Shown here: piece after piece, positions 1-8,504 of the stretch
Layout of the letters: the number at the start of each line of letters is the position of its first letter
How positions within the stretch are numbered: position 1 is the first letter of the stretch
Made by a program: the position numbers and the translations under genes
The notes under the pieces: model-generated
Seen by the model: only the letters and a program-made list of their open reading frames with translations
The model's database searches: none
What the model was told of the DNA's origin: nothing
Assembly (NCBI GenBank): GCA_045605525.1
Contig: JAZUQC010000058.1
Location: 16,823-80,822 of the forward strand
Source of the DNA: Acutalibacteraceae bacterium
GTDB taxonomy: Bacteria; Bacillota; Clostridia; Oscillospirales; Acutalibacteraceae
Length of the DNA stretch: 64,000 nucleotides
Direction: 5' to 3'

Positions 1-533
1 TTGCCGAGATCTTTCCATTCGGCAGACTGTGCATCTTCTTCATGAAAAATGCAAACAGGGAACGGATTTTCCGCAGAGTACGGCGGCAAAGGCAGATTCT
101 GCGGCTTGTAAATGGCATCCATAACAGAATGCACAATGCTGTCAACACCCGAATTCTTGACCCCGTCCACCGTAATGTCGGAAATGACAATATTGTCCGA
201 GCCGAGGAAAGATGCATCCGCTTTGGTGTTGTTATAAACGGTGTTATACACGTCAATGATCCAACTGATCTGTGCTTCGGTTGTTGGTGCAACGGTCTGT
301 TGCTCGACCGGTGCGGTGGTTTGTTGTGTCTGCGGATTTTGTGCATTCACATTGGGATCTACATACTGTGCATATTGCCCGCTTGTCAGTTCACCGACAA
401 TAATCGACCCGTCAGGCATGAGGTTAATGACACTCGTGGTTGGTGCTTCGGTGGAAATCACGGGCTTTTTGCCGCAAGCGGAAAAACCGAACACGCAGAC
501 AACAACCAACAAAAAGCAAATGGATTTTTTCAT
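1..533 (-). CDS. Putative lipoprotein, truncated at its C-terminus by the window edge
   Basis: Reading the reverse complement from the ATG at 533-531 is open down to position 1. It is absent from the ORF track because there is no stop in the window. The N-terminus MKKSICFLLVVVCVFGFSACGKK is a signal peptide with a lipobox-like FSAC. The + strand ORFs 42..671 and 241..693 look like Cys/Arg-rich antisense shadows. Confidence 0.6.
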   Translation of the reverse strand, partial: MKKSICFLLVVVCVFGFSACGKKPVISTEAPTTSVINLMPDGSIIVGELTSGQYAQYVDPNVNAQNPQTQQTTAPVEQQTVAPTTEAQISWIIDVYNTVYNNTKADASFLGSDNIVISDITVDGVKNSGVDSIVHSVMDAIYKPQNLPLPPYSAENPFPVCIFHEEDAQSAEWKDLG

Positions 534-667
534 ACAATTCTCCGTTTCTGCCGCAAATGCGGCTTTTTTATGCCTTTTTTGCAGAGTAAAAAACAGGACT
601 GTTTCTACAGTATATCACAAATTTTCAAAAAAAACAACTGCGGCATTTTATACCCGCAGTTGTTTTT

Positions 668-2464
668 TTAAATCAATGAATCATTCAGATTGATCAGAAT
701 TTTTTCCCATTTCTGCCAATCTTCAAGTCCGACGGAAGCACGCAGCAACACACGTGCGTCCCCGGCATCCACTGTTATATTGTTATCCACATTGCCGAGG
801 ATACCGACATTGATATTGTCGCTCAGCCCGACAGAAAAACGAAGCACTTCTCTTGCATCGTTTGCCGTGATTTTGCCGTCCATATCCACGTCGCCGACAT
901 AGAATTCACTCAGATTGATCTCACAAATGAAGCCGGTCAATGCCTTATCGTTCGTAATGGACCAGTTCGGTGAGCCGTCTGCATTTGTGGTAATCACAAG
1001 ATGCTCCCCTTTTGCTGCCGACGGCAAAATGACATCAGACATCACAGGCGTATTATCCAGCCATGCCCACTTGTCGCCTGCCTGCATGGTAGCACCGAGC
1101 AGATAGTCGGTATTTGCACTTTTCTGCAGATTGAGAATGGTTGCAAGTTCGTCTGCACTGCCGATGGTGACAAGGTGTCCGCCTATGGATTCGCAGAATT
1201 CCTGTGCTTCCTTGTAGTTAAGCCCTGCATCGAATACAGTATACTGATTCAGTCCGCTCAACACTTCACTGACTTTGATGATGGGAGTGGGGAATGCAGC
1301 ACCCGTTTCAACGATGAAGCCAAAGCTTTCATTGCCATACGTCTTGCCTGCAACGGTGTAATCCGCACCGCAGGTATCCCACTTGCCGTTGAGCGTGCCC
1401 GAAGACAGTTTATCGGTAAAGAGGAAGCCGTTAGGGCCTGTGGTATTGTTGTCATAATCGTTGCGATACAGCAGCTTTTCACCCGTGACCCATGCATAGT
1501 CGCCGTCCTTGGCGGTCAGACCGATCCATGCAAAGGGCACTGCGGCACCTGCCATCAGACTGTTAACGACTGCCTGTTCTTCGGCAGAGGTGACCGTTGC
1601 CAGATAACCGTCCATGTCTTCTGCATATTCGGCGGCTTTTTCATAGCTGTCAGCACCTTTATAGAACGTGTAGCTGTGTCCGTTGAATACGATTTGTGAA
1701 AGCTTTTGGGGGGTAAAGGGAATGATAATACTGTCGGGATCGGTCGGGGTATCTTTGCCGGCATTGGTCGAATACACGCGCATGCTTTCGCCGCCGCTCA
1801 TATTCAGAATTCCTGCAAAGTATTCATAAGAAGAATAATAAAGGCGGATGTCAAGACTGTTGCCGTTTTCAGAAAGATAGTAAAAACCGTCCTCCGTAGC
1901 AGCAAGATAGATGACGGAGTGTTCACCGTAAGAGGAACCCGAATAATAGAAATGCAGGTGCTCACCGGGATCTGCATAGGATGCGAGGAAGTTTTTCAGA
2001 TCCGTCGCAGAATCGGTTGTTGTCAGTTTATACATGTTATTTCTGCCGTTACTGCCACGTGCGTACTGCGAAACAAACATGGAATAAGAGAAGCAACCCG
2101 TACCGCCCCAGCCCCAGTTGACAGTGCCAAGAACGGCATCGGTGACACTTCTGATCTGACCGTCGTAGTTGCTGTTGCACCACAGATCACCACCGAAATC
2201 CGTTACGCAATACTGTGCACGGAAGATGATGTCATACATCTTTTCTGCAATGTAGGGCTGCGTCTGTGCCGCCAACAATTTGTAGACTTCAAGCCCCTGC
2301 TCCAGTGTTGTTCCCTTTGCCTCAAAGAACGACCCCTTTGCGGGAGTAAAAAAAGTTGCCGCACTTGCCGTCGGAAAAACGGAACTTGCAACGCCTGCGA
2401 TTGCCGACACAAACATTGCCGCGACAAGCAGAATACAAAGAATTCTGCTGCGGATGATCTTCAT
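668..2464 (-). CDS. Secreted dockerin-bearing protein with a Cys/His hydrolase-like N-domain and two C-type-lectin-like domains
   Basis: The track ORF 668..2473 begins at a TTG. The first ATG (2464) follows an AAAGGA RBS and gives the signal peptide MKIIRSRILCILLVAAMFVSAIAGVASSVFPTASA. GTGCFSYS and GEHSVIYL resemble a Cys/His catalytic pair. Two lectin-like repeats are present (..GYLATVTSAEEQAVVNSL..FAWIGLT.. and ..GGHLVTIGSADELATILNL..WAWLD). The C-terminus GDVDMDGKITANDAREVLRFSVGL...VDNNITVDAGDARVLLRASVGL is a duplicated dockerin Ca-binding repeat. Confidence 0.8.
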   Translation of the reverse strand: MKIIRSRILCILLVAAMFVSAIAGVASSVFPTASAATFFTPAKGSFFEAKGTTLEQGLEVYKLLAAQTQPYIAEKMYDIIFRAQYCVTDFGGDLWCNSNYDGQIRSVTDAVLGTVNWGWGGTGCFSYSMFVSQYARGSNGRNNMYKLTTTDSATDLKNFLASYADPGEHLHFYYSGSSYGEHSVIYLAATEDGFYYLSENGNSLDIRLYYSSYEYFAGILNMSGGESMRVYSTNAGKDTPTDPDSIIIPFTPQKLSQIVFNGHSYTFYKGADSYEKAAEYAEDMDGYLATVTSAEEQAVVNSLMAGAAVPFAWIGLTAKDGDYAWVTGEKLLYRNDYDNNTTGPNGFLFTDKLSSGTLNGKWDTCGADYTVAGKTYGNESFGFIVETGAAFPTPIIKVSEVLSGLNQYTVFDAGLNYKEAQEFCESIGGHLVTIGSADELATILNLQKSANTDYLLGATMQAGDKWAWLDNTPVMSDVILPSAAKGEHLVITTNADGSPNWSITNDKALTGFICEINLSEFYVGDVDMDGKITANDAREVLRFSVGLSDNINVGILGNVDNNITVDAGDARVLLRASVGLEDWQKWEKILINLNDSLI

Positions 2465-2766
2465 ACGTTTCAAATCCTTTCATAAAACCGATGTATTATA
2501 CCACATTTTTTTAAATTTGTCAACTACAAATCCCATTTATCGACAAAAGTATGCCAAATCATGCCAATCTGATACAATATACCGTCTGCAAAATAACAAA
2601 TAAAACTTAAATTTTTCTAAAAGAAAATTACAAAACTGTAACAATTGTATGCAAAAACAGGCAATCCATACATTCCTTTCCGCATTTTCCTGCTCTTGCA
2701 AATGAAATCCGAATGTGTTAATATAAACAGGTACCGATGCAACTATAAAACAACGGAGGTATTATT

Positions 2767-3780
2767 ATGGTTTTTTTTAAACGGATCGTCGCATTTTTAA
2801 CTTTTGTCGTTACGGTGATTGCATCCTGGTTCGGCATGGATGTCAATCTGCAAAAAACGGTTGCACCCGAAGATTTTGAAGTTGTCAGTTATGCGGTGGC
2901 AAGCAACATCCAATCCCCCGACAGTCTGCACCCTGAGGATTTTGACATCATCACAACCGTGATTCTGTTCGGCTGTGTCACCTTTGACGAAGCAGGAGAG
3001 GTACATGCCGACACAAACATGCTTGAAACAGCCCTTGCCAATCTGCACAACGCAATCGGTGAACGCGATGTAAAAATCACCCTCAATCTGCTCGGCCCCG
3101 GGCCCGTTGAATACACCGACTGGAACGATCAGATGGCAAAGCTTGCACTGTTGCACAACGAAGCCTTTGCAAGCGGTAATCTGGAAAGCAACATCAAGGC
3201 ATTGATCGAAAAATATGACTTCGACGGTGTGCATTTTGACTATGAATATCCCATTTCCAAGGATGCATGGAAAACATTCAACAAATTCCTTGTAAAACTG
3301 GATAAACAGATGCCTGACCGCACCATCGGCATTGCGGTTTCCACATGGGATGTCGGCCTGAACACGCAGGCACTCAATGCCATTGACAGCATTGAACTGA
3401 TGCTGTATGACCATTATGACGAAGAAGGCCGTCATTCGCCCTATGAAACCGCCGTCGGAGCCGCCGAAGGGTTCCTGGAAAAGTACATTCCGCTCGACAT
3501 GGTTCATTTCGGCCTTCCTTTCTATGCCCGTCCGACCGACAGCGATGCTTACTGGTATGGCTATAACAGTTATTATGATAAACTCGATGAAAACGCCTTT
3601 TATTATGATGAAAGCATCGGCAAGACCTTCTGGTTCAACACACCCGAAGTGATTGCACAAAAGACACAGTATGCACTCGACAACGGTTTCGGCGGTGTAA
3701 TGATCTGGCATTATTCCTGCGACCTGCCGTCGTCTGATCCGAACTCCCTGCTCGGTGCAATCGGCACAGCAATAAACTAA
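2767..3780 (+). CDS. Glycoside hydrolase family 18-like protein, membrane-anchored
   Basis: GGAGG RBS and an N-terminal hydrophobic anchor. FDGVHFDYEYP matches the GH18 DxxDxDxE catalytic strand with the central Asp replaced by His. GGVMIWHYSCD resembles the conserved C-terminal GH18 Trp strand. Confidence 0.75.
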   Translation: MVFFKRIVAFLTFVVTVIASWFGMDVNLQKTVAPEDFEVVSYAVASNIQSPDSLHPEDFDIITTVILFGCVTFDEAGEVHADTNMLETALANLHNAIGERDVKITLNLLGPGPVEYTDWNDQMAKLALLHNEAFASGNLESNIKALIEKYDFDGVHFDYEYPISKDAWKTFNKFLVKLDKQMPDRTIGIAVSTWDVGLNTQALNAIDSIELMLYDHYDEEGRHSPYETAVGAAEGFLEKYIPLDMVHFGLPFYARPTDSDAYWYGYNSYYDKLDENAFYYDESIGKTFWFNTPEVIAQKTQYALDNGFGGVMIWHYSCDLPSSDPNSLLGAIGTAIN

Positions 3781-3820
3781 AAACACAAGCCGTCCTTTTA
3801 CAGGGCGGCTTGTTATTTGA

Positions 3821-5161
3821 TTATTCCTGATGATGTTTTTTGCGGTGGATGGCGTGGCTGTAATGTGCAAACGTGGAGCGTTCGGTGGTCTTTTTGAGTT
3901 CAATATCGCCCGAACGGACAAGTGCCCATTTGGTAAGCGACGGACCGACGAGTTCGTAAATAAGAATACCGAACAGTGTGATATTGCGGATGATAAGTCC
4001 CTGTTCTCCGAATTCGTTTTCGGCAATCAGCGAAAGACCGAGTGCTACACCTGCCTGCGGAAACAGCGTGATACCGAGATAACGGCTGACCTGCGGTTCG
4101 ATCTTCAACATCCGGCAACCGCCGTAGGCACCGAGATATTTACCTGCACAACGCACAAGCACATACACAATACCGATGATGATAATGGCGGGTTCCTTGA
4201 AAATGCTGAAATCAAGGCCTGCACCCGACTGCACGAAGAAGAAAATCAGAAGAGGTGCTGTCCAACTGTCGGCTCTTGCCATGAGTTCATCTGCAAAATC
4301 ACAGCAGTTGCAGAACACGGCACCGAACATCATGCACACAAGAAGCGGAGAGAAAGCAACGTGCACACTGCCGATATGGAAGGAAAGCATGGATATTGCA
4401 ACAGTGAAGAAAATGAAGGTGACCGACATGCTAAGTCGCTTGGAGTTGGATTTGAAGAAGCGTTCAACAAAGCTGAAAATTCCGCCGAGAACGGCACCGA
4501 GCAGCAGGGATGCAACCACTTCGATGATGGGCTCTGCAAGCACGCTTGCAAGATCAACCGCACCGCTGTCAAGCGATTTTGCAATGCCGAAGGAGATGGC
4601 AAACACCATCAGGCAAACCGCATCATCCAGTGCAACGATGGGCAGCAGCAGGTCTGTCAGCTTACCCTTTGCCTTATACTGTTTGACGACCATCAGCGTT
4701 GCGGCAGGTGCGGTTGCTGCGGCAATGGCACCCATAGTGATGGCAACGGGCAGTGTGATGATTTCGGGAAAGATGAAATGTATTCCGATGAGAGCGGCAT
4801 CCACCAAAGCGGTTGCAACCAATGCCTGTACAACACCGACAACAACCGTGGCTTTACCCGTATGTTTCAGGTGTGACAGTTTGAATTCGCTGCCGATGGT
4901 AAAACCGATGAAGCCCAATGCACACTCGGCAAGCAGATCAAAGGCCTTTACGTTTTCAGCCGACGTAAAACCGAGACCGGGAATATTCAACGCACCAAGG
5001 CAATACGGGCCAACCAGAATACCTGCCACAAGATAAGCCGTAACGGCAGGCAGATTCACTTTTTTTGCAACACGTGACAGCAAAAGACCTGCCACCATAG
5101 CAAATGCCAATGTAAACAATGTAACCGAAATTTCCGAAGCATGGAAGTACTGTGTCAACAT
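3821..5161 (-). CDS. Cation:proton antiporter (CPA/Kef-like Na+/H+ exchanger family)
   Basis: 446 aa polytopic membrane protein with an AGGAGA RBS. The hydrophobic helix pattern and Gly/Ala-rich composition are typical of the sodium/hydrogen exchanger family. The overlapping + strand ORFs are Cys/His-rich shadows. Confidence 0.75.
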   Translation of the reverse strand: MLTQYFHASEISVTLFTLAFAMVAGLLLSRVAKKVNLPAVTAYLVAGILVGPYCLGALNIPGLGFTSAENVKAFDLLAECALGFIGFTIGSEFKLSHLKHTGKATVVVGVVQALVATALVDAALIGIHFIFPEIITLPVAITMGAIAAATAPAATLMVVKQYKAKGKLTDLLLPIVALDDAVCLMVFAISFGIAKSLDSGAVDLASVLAEPIIEVVASLLLGAVLGGIFSFVERFFKSNSKRLSMSVTFIFFTVAISMLSFHIGSVHVAFSPLLVCMMFGAVFCNCCDFADELMARADSWTAPLLIFFFVQSGAGLDFSIFKEPAIIIIGIVYVLVRCAGKYLGAYGGCRMLKIEPQVSRYLGITLFPQAGVALGLSLIAENEFGEQGLIIRNITLFGILIYELVGPSLTKWALVRSGDIELKKTTERSTFAHYSHAIHRKKHHQE

Positions 5162-5418
5162 ACTTTTTCTCCTGTTTTAACTCAATTTCAAACATACAAT
5201 AACCTGTTTTTCAAGCAAACAAAGGATACCACCATTGCGATTGATTTACAAGAATTAAAAACAACAAATAATCGTTTTTTATCGTCAAAAATATGTGCAA
5301 ATCTGCCGTAAAACGGCTTTCATTTTCTACATTCGCAAAAGGTGTTTTCGGTTGCGTTTTATTATGATGTGTGTTATATTAAATTATATATATAATTTTT
5401 TAAGAGGAGAAACAAAAT

Positions 5419-6753
5419 ATGGCAAATAAAATCATTGTGGCAGGCGGCGGTCACGGCGGTATTGCCACAGCAGCTCTGCTTGCGGCAAACGGCTTTGATG
5501 TCACCGTTTATGAACAAAAGCAAAAAGATGAAATGGGATACGACTGGACGGATATTTTTGCTCCGCAGGCACTCGACCGCGTGGGACTCCCAATGCCCCC
5601 CGAAAACAAATTCGAATACAAAAAGAACATGACCTTCTTCGGGCCTTCCGCCAACACCCCTCTTAAACAGGATGTTCCCGAGGAAGACCTTGAAATCAAA
5701 ATGGAACGCAAGGACATCTACGCCATGCTCATTGCCCACGCCGAAAGCAAAGGTGTGCATTTTGAATACGGATGCGAAGTGCTGTCCCCCATTATAAGCG
5801 GCAACCGCGTGATCGGCATTCACACCACCACGGGTGACCATTTTGCACCCATGGTGATTGATGCGTGCGGGGTGGATTCCCCCGTACGCCGCAGGCTGCC
5901 CGCGGCCTGCGGCATCGAAAAGGGGGCAGGCAAATTCAGCAAATTCATTGTTTTCCGTGCTTTTTATGACAAGGTGGCAGACATTGATGACGACCCTTAC
6001 AGAGTTTACTTTTTCCCTGCCAATCGCCTGGGCATCGGCTGGGTGGCAACCGAGGAAGACACCACGGACATGCTCATCGGCGTATTTGATGAACTGACAC
6101 AAGAAGACATTGATGCCGTTTCAAAAGACCTGCGTGCAAAAAATCCGCAGATGGGGGACAAAATGCTTCGAGGCGGTCAGATCGTCAAAATTCCCGTTCG
6201 TCAGCCGCTTGCCGTTATGGTGTGTGACGGCTATGCTGCCATCGGGGACAGTGCATTCATGACCGTACCCGTCATCGGATCGGGCATTGCAAACTCCCTG
6301 AAAGCTGCCCGCATGCTGGCAGATACCATTGTGGAAGACGAAGACCATGTTTATTCTTGTGAAACGCTGTGGAAATACCAAATACGCTATTTTAAAGCAC
6401 TCGGTTCTTCGCTTTCTCCGCTTGCCTGTGTCAAACTGCTGCTTACAAAACTGACAAGCGAACAGCTTGATTACCTTATTGACAACCATGTTCTTACTGC
6501 GGACGACCTGACAATCGGTGCGAATGCAACGGGGCTTTCCGACTTTCTGAGCATGTCCCCCGCCTCCATGCCTGACAGACTCAAAGGGCTTGTCAAACGT
6601 CCCGACATCATCAAAAAACTGCTCCCCTGCGGCAAAACGCTTGTACAGATCGTGGCACACAATGCCGCCATGCCGCAACAGTGGGAACGCCGCAAAGTCT
6701 TTTCCTGGGCGGCAAACTATTGCAGGATTTTCAGAAATTACTGTTCGGAATAA
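5419..6753 (+). CDS. FAD-dependent oxidoreductase (geranylgeranyl-reductase-like)
   Basis: GAGGAG RBS. The N-terminus KIIVAGGGHGGIATAALLAANGFDVTVYEQK is a Rossmann GxGxxG motif with an acidic end to beta-2. Length is 444 aa. Confidence 0.75.
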   Translation: MANKIIVAGGGHGGIATAALLAANGFDVTVYEQKQKDEMGYDWTDIFAPQALDRVGLPMPPENKFEYKKNMTFFGPSANTPLKQDVPEEDLEIKMERKDIYAMLIAHAESKGVHFEYGCEVLSPIISGNRVIGIHTTTGDHFAPMVIDACGVDSPVRRRLPAACGIEKGAGKFSKFIVFRAFYDKVADIDDDPYRVYFFPANRLGIGWVATEEDTTDMLIGVFDELTQEDIDAVSKDLRAKNPQMGDKMLRGGQIVKIPVRQPLAVMVCDGYAAIGDSAFMTVPVIGSGIANSLKAARMLADTIVEDEDHVYSCETLWKYQIRYFKALGSSLSPLACVKLLLTKLTSEQLDYLIDNHVLTADDLTIGANATGLSDFLSMSPASMPDRLKGLVKRPDIIKKLLPCGKTLVQIVAHNAAMPQQWERRKVFSWAANYCRIFRNYCSE

Positions 6754-6793
6754 AATACCAGCAAAATAAAAACATTTTTAAGGAGAAAAAGGC

Positions 6794-8158
6794 ATGAAAG
6801 TATTGGTTATCAACGGCAGCCCCAAAGGCAAATACAGTTGCACCTTGCAGACCTCACTGTATCTCGAAAAACTCTTCCCCGCATGTGAATACACAATTCT
6901 GCACTGTGCACAACAGATCCGGAAATACGAAAAAGACATCAAACTTCTCATTGATGCCATCCATGAAACAGACCTTGTTGTTTTTTCCTACCCTGTTTAC
7001 ACCTTCCTGTGTCCTTCGCAGTTGCATAAAATTATTTATCTGCTGAAACAGAACAACTGCAAGTTTGAAGGCAAGTTCTGCACGCAGATCTCCACCTCCA
7101 AGCATTTTTACGATGCCACCGCACACAAATACATTGAAGAAAACGCACTTGACCTCGGCTTTTCGTTCATCAAAGGGCTTTGTGCCGATATGGATGACCT
7201 GACTACCGACAAGGGGCAGAAAGAAGCGGAAGATTTCTGGAAATACATTCTGCACTGTGTTGAAAACAACATCCGCGAACAGAAAGTTGTGCGTAAACTT
7301 GCCGACATCCCCGCTTTTACGGCAAGTGCACAGGCGGTCGAAAAGAAAAACACATACGACACCGTCATCGTTACCGATGCAGAAGAAACAGACGCCAACC
7401 TCTTGCAGATGATCGAAGAATTCAAGGCCGTGTACCCCTACCCCGTGCACGTTGTCAACATGCGTGAATTCCCGTTTGACGGCGGATGCCTCGGTTGCTT
7501 CAAGTGTGCCGTCAGCGAAAAGTGCGTTTACAAAGACGGTTTCGACGAATATCTGCGTAAGACTGTTCAGACGGCGGATGCATTCGTGTATGCGTTCCGC
7601 ATCAAGGACCATTCCCCCGGTCCCGTTTTCAAAACCTTCAACGACCGCCAGTTCTGCAACGGCCACCGCACCGTCACCATGGGCAAGCCCATCGGCTATC
7701 TCATCAGCGGCAACTACCTGGATGAGCAGAATGTGCGCACGGTTGTGGAAGCCCGTTCACAGGTCGGCGGCAACTTCTTCTGCGGTACCGCAAGTGACGA
7801 CAACTCCCCTGCCGACGGCATCGCCGCAATGGCACAAAGACTTTCTTATGCCGTTGAAACCAACTACAACCAGCCTGCCGACTTCTACGGCGTGGGTGGT
7901 ATGAAGATTTTCCGCGACCTCATCTACGTTATGCGTGGTCTTATGAAAGCCGACCACAAGTTCTACAAAAAGCACGGCTTCTATGATGACCTGCCCACCA
8001 AGCAGAAAGGCAGACTGATCGCCATGACCCTTGTCGGCAGTCTGATGGCAATGCCGCAGGTGCAGGCAAAGGCAGGCAACTACATGAACGAGGGCATGCT
8101 CATGCCTTACAAAAAAGCCATGGAAAAGGCCGGAAAGAGAGCAAACGAAAAGAAATAA
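6794..8158 (+). CDS. Tandem flavodoxin-like / NAD(P)H-dependent FMN reductase-type protein with a Cys cluster
   Basis: AGGAGA RBS. MKVLVINGSPKGKYS is a typical start for a flavodoxin-like fold reductase. A second similar half (YDTVIVTDAEE...) carries GGCLGCFKCAVSEKC. Confidence 0.7.
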   Translation: MKVLVINGSPKGKYSCTLQTSLYLEKLFPACEYTILHCAQQIRKYEKDIKLLIDAIHETDLVVFSYPVYTFLCPSQLHKIIYLLKQNNCKFEGKFCTQISTSKHFYDATAHKYIEENALDLGFSFIKGLCADMDDLTTDKGQKEAEDFWKYILHCVENNIREQKVVRKLADIPAFTASAQAVEKKNTYDTVIVTDAEETDANLLQMIEEFKAVYPYPVHVVNMREFPFDGGCLGCFKCAVSEKCVYKDGFDEYLRKTVQTADAFVYAFRIKDHSPGPVFKTFNDRQFCNGHRTVTMGKPIGYLISGNYLDEQNVRTVVEARSQVGGNFFCGTASDDNSPADGIAAMAQRLSYAVETNYNQPADFYGVGGMKIFRDLIYVMRGLMKADHKFYKKHGFYDDLPTKQKGRLIAMTLVGSLMAMPQVQAKAGNYMNEGMLMPYKKAMEKAGKRANEKK

Positions 8159-8464
8159 ATTGCGGTTTGTAGGGCTGATATCAAAGTAAATTTTCCTCTC
8201 AAATACTTGTCGCCCCTGAAAGGGGAGATGTCACGAAGTGACAGAGGGGTTAAGCAAGTTTGCACAAAGTTGGTCTACAAAGTCTGCTATTACCGCACAA
8301 AACCCCTCTGTCTGCTTAACGCAGACATCTTTTTCTCCGAAAACGGGAACCCCTTTGTCAGCTTCGCTGACATTTCCCCTAACAGGGGAATAACCTTTCA
8401 GGGGCGACAAGGGGTAGAGTAGGTCGGCTTGTGAGTAACGGCAAGTCAGCGACAAACTCCAATT
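8157..8464. repeat. Hairpin-module inverted-repeat element with AAATTGCGGTTTGT-type termini
   Basis: The left end is AAATTGCGGTTTGT (8157-8170, overlapping the stop of the upstream gene). The right end is ACAAACTCCAATTT (8451-8464), its imperfect complement. The two arms share CTTGTCGCCCCTGAAAGG (8207) with CCTTTCAGGGGCGACAAG (8395), and GTCACGAAGTGAC (8230-8242) with GTCAGCTTCGCTGAC (8357-8371). There is also internal pairing between GACAGAGGGGTT (8240) and AACCCCTCTGTC (8301). Confidence 0.8.
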
Positions 8465-8504
8465 TGCAATCAAAAAAACACCCAATGAAAGTGAGGATGA
8501 ACCC

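Noticed and set aside
668-2464. A diversity-generating retroelement target, because C-type-lectin folds are the usual DGR variable domains.
   Set aside because: The window holds no reverse transcriptase, no template repeat resembling the lectin-coding DNA and no adenine-specific mismatch pair. The lectin-like domains are internal and followed by a dockerin.
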